IMG/VR virus record: IMGVR_UViG_3300032138_000680
Span: 30,675 to 94,674 of that record
Length of the DNA: 64,000 nucleotides
DNA from: a virus
Taxonomy: Duplodnaviria; Caudoviricetes
Reading direction: 5' to 3' (one strand)
The position numbers and the translations under genes are program-made. The notes below the pieces were generated by a model. It was not told the DNA's origin. It ran no database searches and saw only the letters and a program-made list of their open reading frames with translations. Positions 49,330 through 58,882 of the stretch are shown here, in pieces; within the stretch, counting starts at the first letter, position 1, and each line of letters begins with the position of its first letter.

Positions 49330-49737
49330 TTAATGTTTTACAGTTTTCTCTTTTGAGACAGCATGCAATCCTTGTTTTTCTTTATCTGTGAGTTTATCAG
49401 TTGATTTTGGCAAATAACCATCTTTCGCCCTTCTTGATCCGGGCGGTAACCTTTTTTCTAAGGTCAGGTCTTTTAGCTTTTCGTTTGGTACAATCATTTT
49501 ACTTCCCCTGTCAGTCATATAAAATGTTGTTTTAGTTATACCGACTCTTACGACTCTAGCTTCACGCCCACTTATATAGATAACATCATCATTATTAAAA
49601 TCATTACCCATAAAGACTTGCATTCCTTGAATCATACTCATTATAGACTCTTTAAAAAAGAATCCTAATGCAAATGTAACAGCTATCCAACCATAATGAC
49701 CTATGAATTGTTCCATAAGCGTTTGTTGGCTGTCCAC
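49330..49737 (-). CDS. Truncated MscS mechanosensitive-channel-like protein
   Basis: TM then F..DD.IYI.G..ARV..VG..KT.......IVPN middle beta domain. Confidence 0.7.
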   Translation of the reverse strand: MDSQQTLMEQFIGHYGWIAVTFALGFFFKESIMSMIQGMQVFMGNDFNNDDVIYISGREARVVRVGITKTTFYMTDRGSKMIVPNEKLKDLTLEKRLPPGSRRAKDGYLPKSTDKLTDKEKQGLHAVSKEKTVKH

Positions 49738-49798
49738 GTTCTTTCTCCTATATTATATTGTTTCTATTATACTAATAAATATAATATATACGGCTAAT

Positions 49799-50872
49799 TT
49801 ACACGTCAAATCTTAAAACAAATGATATATCTAATTCTGGATCATTTTTAATTGGCTTTGATGTTCTACCTATAACCAACAACTCATTGTTATCATTATA
49901 CAAACCTACAGTAGTAACATAAGGTGCAAAAGTTGAATGAGTAACAAAATTTTCTACAAATTGAGTAGCTTGGTATGAACTATTAAATGAACCACTCCCC
50001 ACACCATCACCTGGATTATCTCCTGGTGGAAAATAATAATGTGGTTTTGCTCCTTCAACCACAGTAACACTTCCGCTTTGTTGATAAGTGGTACTTATAT
50101 TTCTTGATGTGTTAAATTGACCTGCTGATGCTATAACCGTATATTCATGTTGATAAATTGTATGAGTGGATCTATAATCTATTTCAAATCCATCTGTTCC
50201 AGTTCCAAGTGCTACGTCTTTATACGAACCCGTATCTGTAAAAACTAACACTCCTGTTTTGTAAAAAACATTTCCTATGGCACTTCCACTACCTTGTGCA
50301 GTCCATCCTAAAGGATTCCAACTGCCACTTTTAAAGGCTGCAAAACTTGAAGAATAATTATAATCATAAAGATTACCATCACCATCATCTCTAATATCAA
50401 AAGTTACATTAGTACTATTATCTGTTAGTCTAACTGATTTAGGTTTTATTTGTTCACCAATTAATTTCTGTGGTATTGAGATAATAGAACATGAATCATG
50501 TAAAAGTCTATATTGTTTATTTGGATTTGTTGGACCATAACTTAGAAATGGTTCTTTTCTTCCAGATGATTTTGGAAGTTTTGGATTTTTACTAAATCTT
50601 TCATAGTAAAGATTATTTATCGTATAATATACTGGTATAGAATAATATGTTCCAAGACTATATGTATCCGATTTTCCTAAACTTGCAGATAAAGAATTAT
50701 AAGATCCAAAACTTTGAGATGTCGCGGAACCACTTATAAAATTATAAATACTTCCACTTACTCCTCTCAAACCATATATTCCACTTCCACTATCTACATT
50801 AGTAAATTGAAATCTTTTATATGTCTTGAAAGGATCAATGGAAACGTCTTGTGGGTGGACATTTCTTAACAT
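49799..50872 (-). CDS. Baseplate/tail structural protein
   Basis: C-terminal PYVTTVGLYNDNNELL....KP.K; related to 50892..51920. Confidence 0.65.
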   Translation of the reverse strand: MLRNVHPQDVSIDPFKTYKRFQFTNVDSGSGIYGLRGVSGSIYNFISGSATSQSFGSYNSLSASLGKSDTYSLGTYYSIPVYYTINNLYYERFSKNPKLPKSSGRKEPFLSYGPTNPNKQYRLLHDSCSIISIPQKLIGEQIKPKSVRLTDNSTNVTFDIRDDGDGNLYDYNYSSSFAAFKSGSWNPLGWTAQGSGSAIGNVFYKTGVLVFTDTGSYKDVALGTGTDGFEIDYRSTHTIYQHEYTVIASAGQFNTSRNISTTYQQSGSVTVVEGAKPHYYFPPGDNPGDGVGSGSFNSSYQATQFVENFVTHSTFAPYVTTVGLYNDNNELLVIGRTSKPIKNDPELDISFVLRFDV

Positions 50873-50891
50873 AAAGTTTGCCCCCTATCAG

Positions 50892-51920
50892 TTAAAAGTC
50901 AAGTTTAACTTTTATAAGAGCTTCTCTCGAATAAGATTTAAGAACTGGTTGACTTAATTTAGCAACTGCCAATAATTCATTAGAATCATTAAAAAGACCA
51001 ACAGTTGTAATATATGTTTTTGGATCTTTAAAAAATGTATCCTGTGTAAATGTACCATCAGATGCTGTAAAAAATGTTGGATTATTACTGAAATTAAATT
51101 CCTTGTTTCCTGCCCTACAAAAATAATGAGTGGAAGAAAGTCTTTCTTCTCTACGGGCTTGAAATAAAGCTCCTTGATTTAGTGATTGATAAAATCTTTT
51201 ATTATTACCCCCAACTGTATTTGAACCTGAATCTGAAGTAATATCTGCTATTCTTCTATCTATTTGGTCACCATTCAACACAATTAATCCTACATCAGGA
51301 TAAAATAACCCAAGACCACCTAATGTTTCAGATGATGCTGCAGTTTTTGTAGAAGCGGTTCCACCTTGAATAGAACCAGTAACAACATTAAATACACGAC
51401 CACCGACTCCTGATTCTGGATTTGTGGTTGCTTTACTGTCATCAATTAATCTGATTTGGTTTGTCCCACCGTCTAATCGTAATTCCCAATTTCCTGGATC
51501 TACCTTTTCTCTCATTCTTGACCGTTTAAATGAAATAGCGTAAAAGTGATCTGATTTTTTATCACCGGCATATGTAAATCTATTGCTATTTGGTCCTAAT
51601 AATAAATTAACAAGTTGTGCGTGAATTGCTGCAGTGGATCTATTTCCTGTTGCTGCACCTACTGTACCTAAAGAACCACTACCATGTCTGTGTCCATAAG
51701 CAATAGAAAATTGAATTTCAGCTTCTGAATCTGTTTGTGGGTTTGTTTTATAAACATCATGAAAATATTGGCCCGTACTCGAACTTTGTGCAGATTGTGT
51801 ATAAAACGCTGTAAGACTACCAGCTCCACCACTCCAAATTCCAGAAGATATAGTAGACTTGATATTCTTTACTACATCATTGTCGGTGTCAAATAATTTA
51901 AATGCTCCTGATAATGCCAT
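50892..51920 (-). CDS. Baseplate/tail structural protein
   Basis: C-terminal YITTVGLFND.NELLAVAKLS.P..K (tail-collar-like). Confidence 0.65.
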   Translation of the reverse strand: MALSGAFKLFDTDNDVVKNIKSTISSGIWSGGAGSLTAFYTQSAQSSSTGQYFHDVYKTNPQTDSEAEIQFSIAYGHRHGSGSLGTVGAATGNRSTAAIHAQLVNLLLGPNSNRFTYAGDKKSDHFYAISFKRSRMREKVDPGNWELRLDGGTNQIRLIDDSKATTNPESGVGGRVFNVVTGSIQGGTASTKTAASSETLGGLGLFYPDVGLIVLNGDQIDRRIADITSDSGSNTVGGNNKRFYQSLNQGALFQARREERLSSTHYFCRAGNKEFNFSNNPTFFTASDGTFTQDTFFKDPKTYITTVGLFNDSNELLAVAKLSQPVLKSYSREALIKVKLDF

Positions 51921-51944
51921 TGTTATCTCCTTCTATAATTCTTA

Positions 51945-52613
51945 TTAACTTGCTCCACCACCGCCTGGACTTCCAAGATTAGTCTTGTTAACAGTTACAG
52001 CTACGGTAGTTGTTGCCCCTGTTTGATTACCTACAATTGTAATTTGAGTGGATTTTTGATTTGGATTTGTAAATACTTGTGGAAGTACTCTTGCTGTCAA
52101 TCCACTTACATTCTGACTTTGTGTCAATTCTTCATCACTTAAAGTAACAGGAACTAATGGTGCTGATGGACTTGGTGCTGCCTGTGCTGCTTGTAATGTT
52201 GCCACCGTAGTATCATGTATAATAAAAGTATATCCTTGTTCACTGTCTGTTGAATTCAAGGTTCCAGGTGCAAGTAATTCACCATTTCCACCACCCTGAC
52301 TGAAAGCTAAAGTGGATACTGCAACATCAAGAATAGGTAATCTTGAAGTTTCTTTTGGTAAAGTTACAAGTTTATATTTTAATGCCTGTGTTTCATCTGA
52401 AACTGGCTCTAATAGAGGCATATTTTCAATAACTGCCCCATAATAGTTAGTTCCATTAGGATGTGCTGTATCCCAAAGACGATAATCAACTTCATCATCT
52501 GCTAATGCGAACTTTGTTACTGCAAATTCGTTTCTACCACGTGCTAAGAGTTCTCTACCTCGCTTGGTAAGAACTGCATCTATCGTAATAGTTGTATTAT
52601 TAAGAAATCCCAT
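51945..52613 (-). CDS. Baseplate/tail structural protein
   Basis: DAVLTKRGRELLARG...TKFALADDEVDY tail-collar-like N-terminus. Confidence 0.62.
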   Translation of the reverse strand: MGFLNNTTITIDAVLTKRGRELLARGRNEFAVTKFALADDEVDYRLWDTAHPNGTNYYGAVIENMPLLEPVSDETQALKYKLVTLPKETSRLPILDVAVSTLAFSQGGGNGELLAPGTLNSTDSEQGYTFIIHDTTVATLQAAQAAPSPSAPLVPVTLSDEELTQSQNVSGLTARVLPQVFTNPNQKSTQITIVGNQTGATTTVAVTVNKTNLGSPGGGGAS

Positions 52614-52723
52614 TTTTGTCTCCTAAATAAAGGTATTTTTTGTTTTTAAACGGAGTTTAATATCTGATAGTGAATAAAACTTTCTCACTTATAAATATAT
52701 CAAACTTTAATTTTTATTACTTT

Positions 52724-55700
52724 TTACTTGACTCTAAGCTTAGATTCTCCAGGTTCTTGTGTTACAAGTGTAGTTGGTGAAGTTACCACTATTGTAACTG
52801 GATTTTCTAAGTCTAATGTACTATCTTTTGTTTGTAAACATCCACTATATGCCAATCTAAAATATGAATTGTCATATCCAACACTCTGCTTATCACTTCT
52901 ATGTAATGACCGAGAAGAATAATTTCTTCGTTCTGTATCCCAAACGTATCCGTGATCTAATGATGCATTTTTTGCAGATGTATAGAAAAATTTATATTCA
53001 TAATTGTGTTCTGAAAGTACAGATCCACTTATAACAGGATTCAATGTTTCAGAAAATACATATTCTGGCCCACCTACTTTTAAATCAAAATTACCATATT
53101 CCTCTTTTCCGCCTGTCCATCCACTCAATGATGACGAAAGTTTAGATAAAGAACCTTTCCACAACGAAGATGTAATATGACCTTCATAATAATCATATGA
53201 ACCAGATAAACTTTGGGGGGCGACTGACATCGAAGCTTCGTAATATGGATAAGATCCAGTTGGTACAGGCATATGCTGTGGTATAGATGCAGAAAGTGGG
53301 AGTGTCTCTGCTGATGCAGACTGTACATACATAGGAACAGTACCTCTAACCATCAAATCTTCAAAATTAGGTTGTTTTCCTACAACTTCCTTAGCTCTTT
53401 CAAAAATATTTGGTTCAATCAATAATCCAAGACTTGCATTTGAACGGGCTGGTACAAATTTTCTCAATTGTTCAAAGAGCGATGTATCATAATATTTTAT
53501 CAACCTAATATAATCCCAAAAATTATTTGGAGAATCATATTTTTGCCAATAAGTTGTTGCAACATCTTCTAATGTTCTATATCTATATTTGTATTTATCT
53601 CGTGGATCTCCAATATATTGATCAAAATCTAAATTTGCAACGGAATGGATAATATCTTCATTAATAACATCGGCAGGTGAAAAGTATATTCCTAACTTAT
53701 TAGAATCAAGTGAAGCTAAATCATATGCACTAAGTTCGGATCTCTTATCAACCGACAAACCACCAAATGATAATCTATTAGTTTCTAATCTAATTTTATT
53801 TGAAACACGTCTATTTGGGCCTACATTTGGAATTAACATTTGCTGTTCATCTACTATAGAACGAAAGTGTGGTCTATTACCACTCGTATATCCGGCAGCT
53901 GTTCCAGCTTGAGTATAAGATTGGTCTGCACTTGTATCACGAATAGAAGTCGAACTATCAAGATTACTATCGTCATCAAATGAATATCGTAATACTAAAT
54001 CTGTCCAAGAGGCTGATACGTGATTTCCATCAAATGACTTTGGTGCCCTTACATGATTATCAAATGAACCAGAATTTAATGCTGAATTCCAATATCGAAA
54101 TTCCATCATAGAACCACTAAATTGATTACCAAAATCATCACTTGATTTACCACCAATATATGCGGTTTCATCTCCTACAAACGAACTATTCCACGATGAA
54201 CTTGCCGCAGGAATGGTCATAGTTGTATATGAAGAAAGATAAATTTTACTCCTGCCCTCATCATACTTCTTAACGTATAATCTATAATCAATAGGTTGTG
54301 TTGCAGAATCTGATGCTAATGCTATTCCACTCGATGAAACACGAGTCAGCATTACAGAATAAAACTCACCATCATAGACAGGTAAAGAATCAGATGTAAG
54401 TTCTGCGGCACTTCCTGCAGAAGCATTTAATACAAACGAAACAGACCCATAATTATCTGCCGAACCATTATCTTTTAATCTTATAGCAAAACCATGAGTA
54501 GTTCCTGCTTGAAATAAAGTTTGATTAGAACCACTCGCGGCTCTAAATCTAAATTCTATTGTATCTGGTTTTCTACTACTATTGGTATCATTTACCCAAG
54601 TTGTCTGAATATATTGTCCAGCTTTAAATTCTACCGCTTTAGTAAATTTTCTATCTACATTATATGATGGTTGTTCATTAGGCTTTGGATCAGGACCCCC
54701 ATACTCTCTAACTCTTAAAATACTTGACGGAATACCATAACAATTTATTAGTCCCTTAAAAGAACGAATAGTTCCTCGTGTCTTGAGAAAGAATGGCATA
54801 TTGTTTATCATTCTTTTCCATATTTCTCTTGAAATATTTTTTTCGGATACTGAAGAATATTGAGTATAAGTATTTGAACTGGCCCCAGATCCCGTAGCTT
54901 CTTGTCCAAGAACATATCTTGGTAAATCTATTAAATCTTTACCATCATTAAAATAAAATCCAAGTGACCTACCCACCGCATAAATTAAATCCTTTGATAA
55001 ACCTTCTGTTAATTTTTGTCGTCTATCATAAATCTGTGGAATTTCGTTTATGTATGTCCAAATATTATCAAAATGTTCACCTGTCATGTTAATAAAAGTA
55101 TGGAATGGTAAATTTCTATCATCATTTATTATATGATCAGGTATATTTTGTAACAATCTATCCCTGTTCCTTCTATCATATAAAGACGCGGATGTTATTT
55201 GAGTATTATACCAACTCGTTGCCTTGGATGCAGTAGTTGGATAGAAAATATATGGATCCAATGGAGTACCTGAACCACCAGACTTTGGCCAGGTGTTTTC
55301 ATAAAATTCTCCAAGTGAACTTGTAATATAAGAAGAACTTTGAAAATACATATAACTTTCAAATGGTGTAAATTCATTTTTTAGTTTTCTTACCTTCATT
55401 GACAAACTTGATGTTTGTGCATAAGTTAAAGAACCAGATATACCAGATAAATTAGTACTTTGACTTGTATATAATTCTATCTTTTCTAACTTACGTTTAA
55501 AGTTTTTTAATCTATCTTCAATAGAACTAAAATGAATAAAATTATCCCATTGTCTATAATCTATACCAGTAAGTTCTATACTCTCCATAAAACTACCACT
55601 TATTATTTCATTTTCAATGGCCTCTTTTATATCAGATTTATTGGTAACTAAGTCATTATATGATTTAAATTTTGTATCTCGTTCAACATAATAACTATCA

Positions 55701-56704
55701 GCTGAAGTTTCACTATCCCATTTTGGATTTCTAAGAACTACCGCGTCTAAATCTTCCTCTACAAAATCTACTAATTCAACATTTTCTGTATAGGGTGGTA
55801 TCATTTCTCTTACTACATAAGTTAAATCTCCTTCTGTAATATTATCAGAAAGTGGTTCATACAATTTATAAACTATTGAGTGTGGATATTCATTATACTT
55901 ATCAGTATCTTTTTGGAAATTAACAATAAGATTTGATTGATCATCATCAAACTGTAAATAAGTGTATAAATCTTTTGGATTTTTATAATAAGTAATATTC
56001 CACTCATTATAGGCCTGTGAAAAATTAGCAAAATTACCAACTTCTTGACCTTGTGTTTCCCAAGTTGGTTCGGCAACTAATTCATTTTGATTTATAACAC
56101 TAACTATATTTCCAACATATGGTTTATAAATTGGTATTTGTCCATCACCAGTTGTTTCATATTGTGGTTCTGTATCTTCGAACTTAATCCAAGCCCCAGG
56201 TGGATCTTTGTATACCCAAAGATTTCCATCTTCATCAACTATTTGTTGTCCTACAAATTCAGGAGGTATTGGTAATCCATCTTCATTAAATCCATCTAAC
56301 CCAGTATTTGCAGAACGATTTAAACTTCTAGCCCCTTCTATATCGAATCCAAGATTTGCATAATTTTCAGCATCAGATAAACTATAATCCCATTCGGGAA
56401 TTCCACCAAGACCATCACCACCAGCACCACCAACGTCGCGTTTTTTCCGTAACATTATAACAGCACCAGCAACAGCGGCTAATGCTAAAGCTCCGAGTGC
56501 TAACGCTGGTAATAATCCTTTAAGTTTATCCCATAAACTTAATCCGTCTGGTACTGAGATTTTTGCTGATGGTTTTTGTGGTCCTCCACCACTTCCACCA
56601 CCTGCTCCACTTCCTGGATCTGCATCTACGCCCTCACCACATGCTCCCATTCGTGGAACTACAGTTTGGTCGTTACCGCCCCAATATATGATTCGGTTTT
56701 TCAT
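52724..56704 (-). CDS. Large baseplate wedge (gp7-like) protein with LamG-like domain
   Basis: LKTRGT..S...LINCYGI motif, FSGSMMEFRYW..LRYSFDD LamG; position downstream of gp6. Confidence 0.65.
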   Translation of the reverse strand: MKNRIIYWGGNDQTVVPRMGACGEGVDADPGSGAGGGSGGGPQKPSAKISVPDGLSLWDKLKGLLPALALGALALAAVAGAVIMLRKKRDVGGAGGDGLGGIPEWDYSLSDAENYANLGFDIEGARSLNRSANTGLDGFNEDGLPIPPEFVGQQIVDEDGNLWVYKDPPGAWIKFEDTEPQYETTGDGQIPIYKPYVGNIVSVINQNELVAEPTWETQGQEVGNFANFSQAYNEWNITYYKNPKDLYTYLQFDDDQSNLIVNFQKDTDKYNEYPHSIVYKLYEPLSDNITEGDLTYVVREMIPPYTENVELVDFVEEDLDAVVLRNPKWDSETSADSYYVERDTKFKSYNDLVTNKSDIKEAIENEIISGSFMESIELTGIDYRQWDNFIHFSSIEDRLKNFKRKLEKIELYTSQSTNLSGISGSLTYAQTSSLSMKVRKLKNEFTPFESYMYFQSSSYITSSLGEFYENTWPKSGGSGTPLDPYIFYPTTASKATSWYNTQITSASLYDRRNRDRLLQNIPDHIINDDRNLPFHTFINMTGEHFDNIWTYINEIPQIYDRRQKLTEGLSKDLIYAVGRSLGFYFNDGKDLIDLPRYVLGQEATGSGASSNTYTQYSSVSEKNISREIWKRMINNMPFFLKTRGTIRSFKGLINCYGIPSSILRVREYGGPDPKPNEQPSYNVDRKFTKAVEFKAGQYIQTTWVNDTNSSRKPDTIEFRFRAASGSNQTLFQAGTTHGFAIRLKDNGSADNYGSVSFVLNASAGSAAELTSDSLPVYDGEFYSVMLTRVSSSGIALASDSATQPIDYRLYVKKYDEGRSKIYLSSYTTMTIPAASSSWNSSFVGDETAYIGGKSSDDFGNQFSGSMMEFRYWNSALNSGSFDNHVRAPKSFDGNHVSASWTDLVLRYSFDDDSNLDSSTSIRDTSADQSYTQAGTAAGYTSGNRPHFRSIVDEQQMLIPNVGPNRRVSNKIRLETNRLSFGGLSVDKRSELSAYDLASLDSNKLGIYFSPADVINEDIIHSVANLDFDQYIGDPRDKYKYRYRTLEDVATTYWQKYDSPNNFWDYIRLIKYYDTSLFEQLRKFVPARSNASLGLLIEPNIFERAKEVVGKQPNFEDLMVRGTVPMYVQSASAETLPLSASIPQHMPVPTGSYPYYEASMSVAPQSLSGSYDYYEGHITSSLWKGSLSKLSSSLSGWTGGKEEYGNFDLKVGGPEYVFSETLNPVISGSVLSEHNYEYKFFYTSAKNASLDHGYVWDTERRNYSSRSLHRSDKQSVGYDNSYFRLAYSGCLQTKDSTLDLENPVTIVVTSPTTLVTQEPGESKLRVK

Positions 56705-58545
56705 TACATTACTACCCCAAATACTGCAGTTAAATTTCTATCCTGTGTCATTACCACAGTTCTTTCTCCAACAATATTTGTATGACCATCTAACCATTCC
56801 GCAAGTCCATAGTTATCTGATGGATCACTATCGTCCACTATTCCTATGTTAACCGCAGTACCTTCTACAATACTTTCATTATAACTTCTTCCAACATTAT
56901 TATCATCAATAGTAATATATCCATCTATTTCATGGTCTGGTTCACCATCTCCTTGTGTAAGAGTATATGGTAAACCTTGTGGCATATAAGTGGGGCCTTC
57001 AACTGTATCATATTTAAGAGTTATATTTAAAGTATAATAAGTAAGTTCAGGGCCTGAATCATCATCTCCTGAATCATCATCTCCTGAATCTTCTTCACCA
57101 TAAGTTCCTAACAAATATCCATCAGTTATGGGTTCATTTAATCCTATTGGATCTCCTGTTAGTTGGTCTCCACCTATATGTGGACCAACGGGGATATTAT
57201 TTATAAGACCAGTATACAATTCAACATCTGCGTCCTCTTCTAATCCTCTTATATCTCGTAATAAATCTATATTATATTGACTGGTAATCCACCTTCTGTG
57301 ACCTGATTGAATAAAAAATCTCGAAGTTAAAGTAGCTGTTTGACCAGATACTTTCTGTGGTGTTCCATTCTCTGTATTCCCATCCCATTTAATAATTTTA
57401 CCATCAAGTGGTGAACTTGGTGCGGGTGTCGCAGGGGATGCTGGATCATCAGTAGAATATGAAATACTTAAAGAATTATCTAATGTAACTGTATCTACAA
57501 AATTAGGACTATTAATCACTACTGAAACATTCATATTTCCAGTTATAGTATAGGTATGTGAGATTTCAGGTCCGCCAAACTCTTGATGACCACATCCAAA
57601 ATCCCAATAATAAGAAAGTTGTGATGGAGCTATATTTCCATTTTCTCTTTTTGCTGTAAATGTTACTGGAGTTTCCGTTGTTGCACTATTATCAGTATAA
57701 TTTGTTTCTATAGTTATAGATGGTATTGGATCTTCTAATGACCAATCTGAATTTTCTTCTGTATTGGTATTTTCCGTATACCCCACAACATATGCATTTT
57801 TAATACCCAAAGTACCACCTATAAACTTATTTTGAAGTCCTGCATCATCTTCTGCTCTCGTATCAAAAGAAAAATTACTATTATTCATTCCTTTAAAATT
57901 ACCTTTACCACTTACTTGAACTCCATTTGTTGTATTTCGTACTGGTGTATAAGTTCCATATTCATTTGATAAATCATCAAATTCTTCTTTATATCTATCT
58001 AAATTAATTGATTGTGGAGCCAATCGAACTTCCGTTCTATCTGCAGATACTTCATCAATAAAAAATTTATATTCTTTTACATCAAGTTCATTTGGTGGAC
58101 TTCCATCTACAGGTGGCTTTTCTCCTTGAAATACTTTACCATCATCTACATAAAAATTTCCCATTGGTATGCCAGTAAGTTGTGGATTTCCACTATGAAT
58201 AATTCCTGATTCATCGCCTACGGTTTTGGTCAAAACAACTTCATCTGCACCTGCCAATCTTCTATAAAAGAAATATTCAACTTTATAATTGCCACGTGTA
58301 AATCCAACCTTTCTTAAATCATTACCTGGATTTAATTTTATTCCACTATCATCATTTTGGAAATCTTCACTTATACCATATTTAATATATCTACCATTTA
58401 AATCATATACATAAAATTTTACGAAATCTTCGATGTGATTGCCAAAGGTAGGGAAAAGAGGACCATTTTCTCCTAAAGTTTTAGTTCCTTCTTTTTTTAG
58501 AAGTTTAAAATCTTTATCACTTAATTTAGTTAGTTCTTGTGGCAT
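56704..58545 (-). CDS. Structural protein with PKD domain and C-terminal bacterial-repeat (InlB-B-like) domain
   Basis: YYWDFGCG..SHTY..G..VSV; YTLNI..GT.V..W..TVVMTQDRNLTAVF. Confidence 0.62.
   Translation of the reverse strand: MPQELTKLSDKDFKLLKKEGTKTLGENGPLFPTFGNHIEDFVKFYVYDLNGRYIKYGISEDFQNDDSGIKLNPGNDLRKVGFTRGNYKVEYFFYRRLAGADEVVLTKTVGDESGIIHSGNPQLTGIPMGNFYVDDGKVFQGEKPPVDGSPPNELDVKEYKFFIDEVSADRTEVRLAPQSINLDRYKEEFDDLSNEYGTYTPVRNTTNGVQVSGKGNFKGMNNSNFSFDTRAEDDAGLQNKFIGGTLGIKNAYVVGYTENTNTEENSDWSLEDPIPSITIETNYTDNSATTETPVTFTAKRENGNIAPSQLSYYWDFGCGHQEFGGPEISHTYTITGNMNVSVVINSPNFVDTVTLDNSLSISYSTDDPASPATPAPSSPLDGKIIKWDGNTENGTPQKVSGQTATLTSRFFIQSGHRRWITSQYNIDLLRDIRGLEEDADVELYTGLINNIPVGPHIGGDQLTGDPIGLNEPITDGYLLGTYGEEDSGDDDSGDDDSGPELTYYTLNITLKYDTVEGPTYMPQGLPYTLTQGDGEPDHEIDGYITIDDNNVGRSYNESIVEGTAVNIGIVDDSDPSDNYGLAEWLDGHTNIVGERTVVMTQDRNLTAVFGVVM
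57053..57090. repeat. 15-bp tandem repeat (2.5 copies) encoding DSGDD linker
   Basis: cctgaatcatcatct x2 plus cctgaatc. Confidence 0.85.
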
Positions 58546-58546
58546 T

Positions 58547-58879
58547 TTATGTAAGTTCCCTTATTTCTCTATCTAAAACTTGATTCCATAAATCACCTTT
58601 GTGGTATGATGGAGATTCTTTAGTAACTGAAATATATTGGTCTGGTCTATCATAATTTAAACCAGTATCAGGATCTTCAAATGCTAAAAATGTACCTTCC
58701 TTATTTCTCATTGATACAACCCCCTGGATACCTATCACTTCATCATTATCATTAACAATTTGATTTACACTTTTAAATGTCTCAGCCTGTTCAAGTTTTT
58801 TCTGATAGTCTACCCTGTCTTGTTCATGTAATCTTTGCCAAAACTCATTTTTCTTCAATTCTTCTATTGTATATGGCAT
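58547..58879 (-). CDS. Hypothetical structural-region protein
   Basis: 110-aa ORF filling operon gap. Confidence 0.65.
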   Translation of the reverse strand: MPYTIEELKKNEFWQRLHEQDRVDYQKKLEQAETFKSVNQIVNDNDEVIGIQGVVSMRNKEGTFLAFEDPDTGLNYDRPDQYISVTKESPSYHKGDLWNQVLDREIRELT

Positions 58880-58882
58880 TTT

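Noticed and set aside
52614-52723. Structured RNA/tRNA in a long intergenic gap
   Set aside because: Only weak AT-rich hairpins; no cloverleaf or recognisable riboswitch
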